Shown: piece by piece, positions 54,311-64,000 of the stretch | How the letters are laid out: each line of letters begins with the position of its first letter | How positions within the stretch are numbered: position 1 is the stretch's first letter | Assembly (NCBI GenBank): GCA_973851085.1 | Contig: OZ316776.1 | Coordinates: 11,408,001-11,472,000 of the forward strand | DNA from: Ptychomitrium polyphyllum | Taxonomy: Eukaryota | DNA length: 64,000 bases | Direction: 5' to 3' | Made by a program: the position numbers and the translations under genes | Notes under the pieces: generated by a model | Databases searched by the model: none | Seen by the model: the letters and a program-made list of their open reading frames with translations, nothing else | Told to the model about the DNA's origin: nothing

Positions 54311-55589
54311 GGGATGTTTGGCGGGATCAGGGAACTGTGTTGGAGCCCGGACGCTGCTAGTTTAGCGGTGTGGGTTTGGCTGGGGGAGCGGGGCTGGCAA
54401 AGAGTCTGTTGTATCTACATGTGGAGATTTGGAGGATAACTGTAGGGGTTTCTTTCCGGTTTTCAAAAGTGGTGTTTGCGGCTCAATTTTGACTGTAGTG
54501 AGCGTTGGGTTGGGGTCTTTTGGGGGAGCTCAGGGCTTTGGAGTAAAGAAAGTCGTGCTCCTTGGCAGTCCTCCTTTTCCACCAATTTGGGTGGCTGTGA
54601 AAGGTGGACCAGGTCTGTTGTAGGGAGATCAATTCACTCTCCCGGGTTTGCAATAGCATGATATAGAGTGTAGAGTTAGTGTCAAATGTCTTGGCTTGTA
54701 CTCAACAGTTTCCCAGCTTGCTTCTGTATGCCTATGAAGTGACTATGCTTTTGATCGAGCTACCAAAAGCCCCAAGGTGGCATCCTGGAGAAGCTTTCTA
54801 ATGTATCTGTGTCTGCTTGAGTCAGTTGATGGGGTTTATGGCTGAGTGGGATGATGAAGTGCTTTTCATTTGTTTTAAAATTTTAGAAGTCCATAATGGA
54901 AGTAAACAAACTGTTGGTACTTTTTATTGATGTGTGTGGCAATGGGACTCAGCAGTGAGAGTTGTACAATATGTGAGAAGCTGATGGCCACATCACCCCC
55001 AAACTCGTAACAAGTGACAACTTGGGTATCATAAGGTATGTGTGTGATCGTTTTGACATGACTTACAATCACAACCTCTTACTTGCAGTCTCCCCACACT
55101 TTGGGTACTAACTACTAAACCTCAAATGTACAGACCCCAAGATCAACATTGTTTGTGTGTAATATTCCAATCATAGTTTTTTTGGGTGTGGTTCTAATTG
55201 AATCATAATTAACAAAACTAGATCCTTTCATTTGATTAAAAATTGTACTTCCAATATGCATATATTCACGTTTGAAAGTAATATGCAGAATTTTAAAATT
55301 ATGCTATTTATCATATCTGACATTCCATTTTACATTTATTTATTAAAGATTGTTTCTTTCTACACCATGAAAAAAAATTCTTTATTTCATCATCCTTCAA
55401 TCCAATCTTTGATTCAGAAATAATTAATCATTTATTTTACTTTAGTTTCAACATTTGCAAAATTGATTTATTGGCTTGAAGGTAAATACTTTCATATTAG
55501 ATTGTTTCATTTTAACTAAAAATATCTTCATCTATATTTATTGATATTAGCAATATTTTTTATAAAATGATTTTGGATTTTTAAAAGAA

Positions 55590-58076
55590 TTATAAGAAAA
55601 ATTATGTTACTTCAAATTATAAGATGAAGAATTCAAAGAAGCTATTGATATATGGAATATTGCATGGATATTTGTAAACATAATTAATTATTTATGTTGA
55701 CACTACATCTAAGTCAAAGTAGCTCTTTATTTTATAATCATGTAAAATATTATAGTTATTTAGAATTAATTAGGTTATTATGAGTATTTAGGCATTGAAA
55801 TTTGATATCACAATATATATAGACTACAAGAACTTAGAATACTTCATGAGTGCATGCATTCTGAATTGCCGTCAAGGAAGGTCGTGTATGTTATTTTCCA
55901 TATTTGACTTTGTCATTACCTATTGACATAATAGCCTACAATGTAAGCTAGATGCCTTATTTTAAAGATCTTATTTCGCTCCTTATCCTGGAAATGATAT
56001 TTTCAATCAACAAATGATTATTTTATGAAAGCCTCAAATTTTTCAGTTAAAAGTACCAACTATTACCACAACATCCCATCTCGATGAAATTTGGAAGGCT
56101 TTAAAGAATGATGTCTTTGTTTCAAGTATAAAAAAGCGCTTGAAAGACAATAGTGATCCTTCAAATAGCAATGAGAACTTTGAATTCCAAATTGATCTAT
56201 TTTAATATAAAGGACTTTTATATGTATCTCTAGGTTCTCAACAATTAAAGATTCTTTAAGTACGTCATGATTTTCTAGCAGCAGGGCATTTTGGATTCAA
56301 TAAAACAATGGAGTTGATTACTAAAGACTATTGGTGGCCACAAATGTATAAATATGTAATGGACTTTATTTGATCATGAGGCACTTGCGCAAAGGCCAAG
56401 ATACGAAGACACCAACTTCATGGTCTCTTCCATCCGCTTCTAGTGCCAAAGTCATCCAAAACTTTGATTCTAAGGATTCTATCTTAATTGGTATTGGATT
56501 GGTTTATCAAAATGGCGCATTTCATTCCATGCAATAAGATGATAATATAAGAAGAAATTGCCAAGTTGTTTCTAAATCACGTCTACCGCATACATAGACT
56601 ACCAAATGATATTGTATTCGATTGAAGAATGTAGTTCATTTCTAACTTTTGAAGGGCTCTATTCCAGCTGTTGCACGTTAAGATCAATCTTCCTTCAGCA
56701 TACCATCCGTAGACTGATGGTCAAATCAAATGAATGAATCAAATTTTAGAGCAGTACCTTTGTTGTACCATAAATTACCAGCAAGACAACTGGATTGACC
56801 TCTTGTCTTATACAAAGTTTGCTTACAACAATACAATGCATTCTTCAACAACTCAAAGTCCATTCTTTGCAAACTATGGCCATCATCCTTGAGCATATTC
56901 ATTTCAAATGAAGCATGTTGAAAGTCCTGCAAAAGAAAATTTTGCAATTCAACTTGCTAAAATCCATCAAGAATTTGCTTTCCAATTACAACAAGCTCAA
57001 TATCGTTACAAAATTTATGCAGATTGTCATTGAAAGGACCATCCAAAGTTTAAGGTTGGAGATAGCGTATGGCTCCTATGACAAAACATACAAACAAAAA
57101 GACCGTAGAAGAAGCTAGACTATCAAAGGCTAGGACAATTTGAAATCAACAAACAAATAAATCCGGTCGATTATCACTTCAATCTACTACCAACTATGGA
57201 AATTCATCAAGTGTTCCACGTATTTTTGTTGGAAACCTACAACAAGTCATATATATTTGAGAAGATTTTTCTTTCGCCTTCTTTTATAGAAATCAATAAT
57301 GAAATGGAGTATGAAGCTGAAGAAATCTTAAATTCACGCATAAAGATTGGACATAAAAAGTATCTTATACATTGGCATGGATATAGTAGCAATGACCAAA
57401 TATGAAAACCTTTGGTGAATGTAATGAATGCATCCAAAAAGGTATTCCAAAATTTGATAAAGAACAACAAACTGAATATGTTGTTTTTTTTCTTTAACAA
57501 ATTTTGGAATTTGTGGAGATGTGACAAACAAGACACAAGAAGAGCTCTACATGGAACTCGACGCCAAAGGAAGGGGTGATGTCACAGACATAGATAATGC
57601 AACATAATCTTTAGAACCTTTTTGTATATTATAGTAGCTTCTTAGAACACTTTCAATGTCTCCATAGCAATTTCCAATACCTTGCAAAACTTCCTAAGAA
57701 GATTCTACTCCTTTAGGAAATTTCCTAAGAAAATTAATACCTTAGGAAACTTGTATGAAAGGTTGATATTCCTTGAAAGCTTCTTAAGAAAGTTCTACCA
57801 TCTTAAAAAATGTCTTGGGAAGGTTCTACAGACTTCTATAACATTCTTAAATATTGTAAGAAGCTTTTTTAGAAGTATCCTAAGAAATACAAGCGTCATA
57901 GTATAAATAAGGAGTAAGACAAGGTATACCTTAGTCTTGCCAATACAAATTGTGGATCATATTGTATCTTGCCTTGCTCTAGTTTTTGTATCAAGTTCTT
58001 GTTAATCATTAGCTCTTTGTAAGCTAATTCTTAGGAAACACTTCGTTTCAACTTCTTATTTTTTGTGTCCGTAACA
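55590..58076 (+). mobile_element. Decayed Ty3/gypsy chromovirus (Tcn1-like): RNase H end, integrase, chromodomain, PPT and 3' LTR
   Basis: Stop-ridden remnants DYKNLEYF..LNCRQ..FDFVITY; AGHFGFNKTMELITKDYWWPQM (HHCC region); KMAHFIPC; SAYHP*TDGQ; FAYNN; chromodomain EYEAEEILNSR..KYLIHWHGY; polypurine tract aaaggaaggggtga immediately before the LTR. The left boundary is approximate. Confidence 0.92.
57580..58076 (+). repeat. 3' LTR (497 bp) of the chromovirus
   Basis: Begins TGTCACAGAC right after the PPT and ends GTCCGTAACA (imperfect terminal inverted repeat, TG...CA); internal TATAAATA at about 57902. Confidence 0.85.
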
Positions 58077-59443
58077 ATTTTTTCCATATTTCTTTTATTG
58101 TCTACATCATACCAATTAAGCAATCATACTATTGAATTGGACCAAGCAAATGTGATAGTCTTATCTTTTGATAGTTTCGGTGCAAATTAATTTATATAAA
58201 TAAGAATGATTTATAAATTTATAATTTATTTTATAATTTGACCTTTACTTCGGTCAAAAGGTCATGGTTAAAATGCTTATAAAATTTATTCTTAGCAAAC
58301 TACTAGCCATCAATAATTTTATCAAAGAAATTGCAGATGTTGAATATTATACACTTAATAATAGCACCTCTAAAAGTCAATTAATCAAAAGATGATGGAA
58401 TAATATACTACAAGCCATTGATTGTGATTCAATATGTTTTAGACTGCATAGTACTTCATCTATAATCCATTTAAAAGGGCCAAAATTAAATTAGGGATTG
58501 AATTGGCTAATTTTACTTTAAAATACTTGTTTATGATTTTATTTAGCAATTACTTTGACAACAATCATTTTATTCATTGAAGCAAGATTATAAGTTTTAT
58601 AACAAAAACCTTATTATTTTATTATCTAAATACAAAAATATTCAAATGATGTTGAAATTGACAAGGCTTTAGATTTGTTCAATAAATTATTACAAAGAAT
58701 AAAATATTAAAAAATTCATGGTGAAAATAAAATTTTGAAGCACAAGATAAAGGACAATTGTTCAATATCAAGTTGTTTTAGAATTTAAAACAAGGCCTTG
58801 CCATTATTCTTTGTACATATTCATAGATCCAATATCTTTCACCAAAGTTCAATGCATAGAGTCCATTGAAAGCCACTATATCATTCATTACTAGTAGTCT
58901 ATTATTTACTCCAATTATAAGGTCCAAGTTGATAAATGGAGCATAGAAGTATTTTTTAATAATTTTTTTGAAACATCACATTGGTCATTCACATAATAGG
59001 ATTGAGCAAAATAAATCAATATCTACTAAATAACCAATAAGTAAGTTATATGTGGAATATAATTAATACTACATAATTAACTTCTTGTATTTTGTCAAAA
59101 GTTCAAGAAGCAATAAACATAGTGTTACATCAATGTTACAATGTGCGTGACATATCACAAAGCTAGATTGAAATACACGCAGTAAAATTAGTTTGTACTT
59201 ATTGTAGCAAAATGCTGTAAGGATTTTGTGGTTTTTGATTATAGCCAAGAGAAAGAAAGAACACGCTAATCCCAAGTTATCTTTCAACAAGGTGATTATA
59301 GCCTTATGATGTACTTAGTCATCACATATTAGCTCCAATGTCATCACATATCCATGACCATTATCAGAGAATTGTCAATAACGGCCAATAGTTGTGCACT
59401 TCGAAACATGTTGATTTCTGAGTGCAGCATGTTGCAAATTGGC

Positions 59444-59476
59444 TAATTGGCAGTAATTGGCAGTAATTGGCAGTAA
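59444..59476. repeat. 10-bp unit x3 (TAATTGGCAG)
   Basis: taattggcagtaattggcagtaattggcagtaa read directly. Confidence 0.85.
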
Positions 59477-62400
59477 CAGAAAACAAAATACACTGGATGC
59501 ATGAATGTGTAAGTGAATGTGCAGACTCTAAAGATGTGAACTATACTTCTCACCAGCACAATCTAAAATATGTGTCATTTCAATGATTAGGTGAGTTAGC
59601 ACTGCCCACCTGCTGTAGTGTGCTGCAGTGCCGTCTATTAATGCTGGGTGGGACTAAATTTAGAGGAAATTCCACTATCCATGCACAACTCAGTGGTGGC
59701 ATGCTTCATTTTGCATTCTGGAAAAATTCAGATGCAATTGCAGGGAAGCACAGTCTCCAACGCTTAGCTTAAAAGTTAAGCTGCATTGCAGCCTATCATG
59801 ATTATCAGAGTTTAATGGAGTCCTGTATTAGACGAAGCAGGGAATAAAGGGATTGGATTGCTTGATTTGAGGACTGATATGACCAGTTGCCATTGCTAAA
59901 GAATGTGTTGCAAGCGGACTGAAATGCTCAAAAATACATATTATTGACTCATTTATTTATTTTTAAATGTGGTTTAAATACATAATCCCATGTTCTGTGT
60001 TATTATATATTTCATTGAAATTGAAAATTAAATAAAAAAGTTCAAAATCATAATGTCATAACGTTCTTGGGCACTGGAAGCAATTCATCCCCATCTTGAA
60101 AGTGGACAATTGGTAAAAGTTAATAGTAAAAGCATGTAACAATATGTGTTAAAGATATAACTTTGGTTTGGTGTCTTGGAGCATAAATTTCTTCAATCTT
60201 TAGTAAAACATGCTTTTAAGGAAAAAATTATAGTTTTAAATGATGGAATTTTTCCTTTGGAACATGGTATCTAGTCATTAAAATTGTTACCATTATGAGT
60301 ATTGTTTTACTACAAGTACTACATTTTTCATGTTATTTTAAATAACATATACCAAAATTTTAAATGTTAATTGTTATAAAAATTGTATTCTTTTCACTGT
60401 CAAATTGTACATAATAAATTTTATTTAATTCTTATAATGAAGACGATGCAAATATATGATATTTTATAAATGTTTGTGATAGTGTCATTTACCAAGTAAC
60501 TGTTATGCTTGTAAAGTTCTTAAATATTTTTTAAAGTTTCTATTTCAATGCTTATAAATGTTATGACTGATCAATACTTTAAAAATGTAAGTTGAGGTTT
60601 TTATTCTGGTATTTAAAAAAAATCTAGTGATGTGAAATTTTTATAAAAAGGTTTAGGAATTAAGTTTAAAATTAAACAAAAGTTTAATAGCATGATTCAT
60701 AGAAAATTCTTGATTGGCAAATTCAAAATTAAGTTTATTATTTTTGTCATTAGTATGTATATCAAAAATTAACTATTAGGTTTTTTAAGTTATTGTATAT
60801 ATTTATTTTAAATATTAATATTTATAAACTTGCAACAAATAAATTTGATAATCAAATTTTAATCATTTTTGTTTAACATGTTTTTTTTTAATAAAAATTC
60901 ATTTTATTAAAAAAAATTAGAATGAAATTCCATAAATCGATAAAAATATATACTGCAAAAAATTCCTTGAAGTAATTTTGAATTTCAAGTTGTTATCACT
61001 TCATGCTTGTTTTTATCATCTATCATTAAAATATTAATTAAACATAAAATCCATCATGAAAATTAAATCACTGGTTGTTTTATTTGTTTAAATATCATCA
61101 TAAGTTTATTCTTTTATAGAAGCTAATTTAAAATTGTAAGTTCTTATGAAACTGCCAATTTACAAGCTTTGATATTAAATATTAACTGGTTGCATGCTTT
61201 TATGAGTAATAATAATAATATTAATAATAAGTAATAGTCCATAAGTCAAGCTATAATATTTCAAATTTCAAATAACAATTTAGTTTTATGGATGATTTCA
61301 ATTAAATGAAGAAGAAATAATAACTCTATGAGTCATTGTCAATAAATACCAATATATATTTATATGTCAATATTTTTTTACAACAAGATTTTCAAAACAC
61401 AATTTATAAAATTTTATAGTAAAAATATCAAATATGAACATAAAACCAAAAAAATGAAACATGCATATAAATTTTTGGTTCATCATTCATAAATTTATGG
61501 TTTTAAAATGAAAGTGAGTAGATATAAAAGCTTAAACATAATAATGTTGAAAGTATGAATTTGGACAATAAAATTGCAATAGTTAAAAAAACTCTATCTT
61601 ATTATTAGTTCCTAGGAATCTTATCACATTTATTTATGTTTTATTTTCAAAGAAACACCTTCAAATGTGTCAATAAGATCATTGATTATTTAAGTAATGT
61701 ATGATTGAACAACAAAATTTTGATTGAATGTTATTTCTATATCACATGGGATATTTGATTGTGGATTGTATATTATTTTTATAAATCATTCAATTAGGCA
61801 ATGTAAGAAGAGATTTTTCCTACTGGTGTGCATTTCCTACACGTTGAGTTTTTAATAAATAAAATATGATGTTTAATTTATACAATGTTATGGAAATGTT
61901 TTCTGGTGTCATCAAATTAATTGAAAAATGTTCTCAGACGATGCCAACGCACTTTGTGTATATCCAAAAATTATAGGTACAAATCTGCTTGAAGTTACAC
62001 ATTTATGTTTTAAGGCAAATCCAAAAAAAGTTAAAAATTGAAAGAAATCCTTTTTTTTCTTCTTTATTTTTAATTGTAATAGTCTTTTAAATTTCTAAAT
62101 CATAAGGTCCATGGAGGTGTTTTTGGTATCATTTGAAAGCTTTCAATAAAAAAAAGCATACATCACAATTTCACAAGTTTTAAAACTATGGTGTGACATA
62201 TGTTAAACTTCAAAGTATTTTAATTTTTTCTTTTTAATTTTATTGTTATAGAAGATTTTAAGATTTTTCTATCAACTTGTTTTGCTAAGCAATTGCTATA
62301 ATAGAACCAATGATCCAAAACATATTGTTTCATATTAAAATAAAAATTGGTATTTTCTTTGTTTATTTGTAATATTATTATTTTTTTAAAAACCAATACA

Positions 62401-62929
62401 AATTGCTAATCACTTTACACCAAATAAAACTTTTTTTGGATTGGAAAATTTATATAGATTTAAAATAAAACATGAACTTTTTTCTTGCCCTCTATTTTTT
62501 CAAGAAATAAGGTCTTTAAATGTTCTAATCCTTTAAGGTGCAATATTAACAAACTTCCCATAACCTCAAAGCAATTGGTCTATTTTTACTTCTAATTTAA
62601 GAAATCAGATTGAAAAGGTTTTTACAACAAGAGTAACTTTACATTTTAATGAGCCTTTGTTGGTGGACTTGTCTTTGTAGCGTCACACTATCAGTTTGCC
62701 TACGGCCATAATTTATATATTTCAACGAGTTTTGACTTTGTCTCTTCAACAAAAAAAATAAAAAGGAAGTTCTGCTAACAACCGCTCAACCCAGCGGACC
62801 GAGAGGGACACACAAAGAATTCCAAAAGCTTCAAGCAAATGTAAAAGAAGCGTACATTACGACCAATGTAAACGAAGTCAAAGGAGAGCATGGAAAAAAC
62901 AAAATACAAATCTTTTTCCATGCACCCCG

Positions 62930-64000
62930 TATTAAAAGCCTGCCCCCATCTCCAACGCCACCACGCCCCGCGAAGGGAAGAACAGACCAGAACTCGATAA
63001 AAAGATAAACAGCCACGCTGGCAGCCCAGGCGTCGCCGTGGCAGGCCGCCTCCCGCAACGACCGTCGCGTGCGACGGAAGAAAAGCCCCCCACACGCAGG
63101 GACGAGGGAAGCAACGCCTGTCGCGACGGACAGCAAGACAGCAAGCGACGGCCCTGTCGCAAGGCGCAAGTCGCAAGTCGCAAGCGCGCTGGGCCGGAAC
63201 AACAGAAACCCTCTAGAAACCAGTGCCGTCCTGGCGCTGCGTGTGTTTCTCTCCGTCTGGCCCTCCAGGTAGCGCTCTGCTCCCGCTCTGCCGCTCCGGT
63301 ATCGCCCCTGCATCCCCTTGCGCTCTCTCCTCTCCCCTCCCTTCCCTGCAGCTGCGTCCGGCCACGATTTTCCACCCCGGGCTCGTCGTCTGGAGGTTTC
63401 TGTGCGTTCAGAGCGCACTGTTGGATGCACCCGGAGTGAACGAGAGCGAGAGAGAGAGAGAGAGAGCGGGTTAAGGTTGTGGAGGACTGGAACCGCAGCA
63501 CGGGAATTGGAGTTCTTACAGACGTTTCGGTGAGTTGGAGGTTATGTAAGAGTTTGACTGCGACTGAGTTGATTGTTGGCGTTTTTGTGGAGTGTTGGTT
63601 CTTTTGTGTTGAGAGGAGAGAGGAGAGAGGAAAGAGGAGAGGAGAGGAGAGGAGAGGAGAGGAGAGGGGGAGAGTGCGGTTGTGTTGGTTGTTTTGTGTT
63701 GGAGAGGAGTTAAGTTAAGGTGGAGTATTCGTTTTGGGCGTGGGGGAGGGGATTCAGGTGCAGTTGTTTTGTGTTGTTGATGGTTAGGGGGAGGTGCTTG
63801 GAGAGGGCGGAGTTGAGAGTTGAGAGCGATAGTGGACCGTTACTTATGTAGAGGAGGGAGGATCGTGGTCGTGATTGTGTTGGAGAAGTGAGGTTGTTGC
63901 GAGTGTTCTTAACCCGTTTCCGGGCTCGGAGGCGCCAGAACTTGAGAAGGAGCGGGGGTTGATTGTACGAATGTTTGGTTGTTTGTCTTTTTGACTCGGC
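62930..64000 (+). promoter_or_regulatory. CpG-rich promoter, 5' UTR exon and start of intron 1 of a gene continuing beyond the window
   Basis: CpG-island-like composition, pyrimidine patch at about 63320-63347, (GA)n at about 63447-63466, strong donor G|GTGAGT at about 63530, then G/T-rich intron-like sequence with (GAGAG)n at 63611-63672. No recognisable CDS. Confidence 0.55.

Noticed and set aside
62775..63718. Cluster of overlapping 130-200 aa ORFs on both strands
   Set aside because: Expected in stop-poor GC-rich promoter/UTR DNA; R/G/A-rich with no domain.

Overview
Eukaryotic, intron-rich land-plant DNA, most likely a moss (inferred from the metallothionein type, the chromovirus LTR remnants and the mosaic of gene islands and very AT-rich blocks). 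I reconstructed seven spliced genes by hand from GT-AG boundaries and reading frames: mitochondrial serine hydroxymethyltransferase (-, 15 exons), 40S ribosomal protein S11/uS17 (-), coatomer epsilon (+, head-to-head with RPS11), a 59-aa three-exon metallothionein absent from the ORF track (-), a C-type lectin receptor-like kinase with GVG in place of DFG (-), a PLM-like sphingomyelin-synthase-family protein (+), and a frame-intact, divergent 9-exon pepsin-family aspartic protease inside an AT-rich block (+). Also present: nested degenerate Ty3/gypsy LTR/gag remnants (1-2640), a decayed chromodomain-bearing gypsy element with its 3' LTR (about 55590-58076), a 33-34 bp minisatellite with higher-order structure, several short tandem duplications, a 100-N assembly gap and the 5' end of a further + strand gene at the right edge. 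I found no prokaryotic-type system, CRISPR array, rRNA or tRNA. The best lead is the hidden AT-rich aspartic protease; nothing here clearly amounts to a new biological system.
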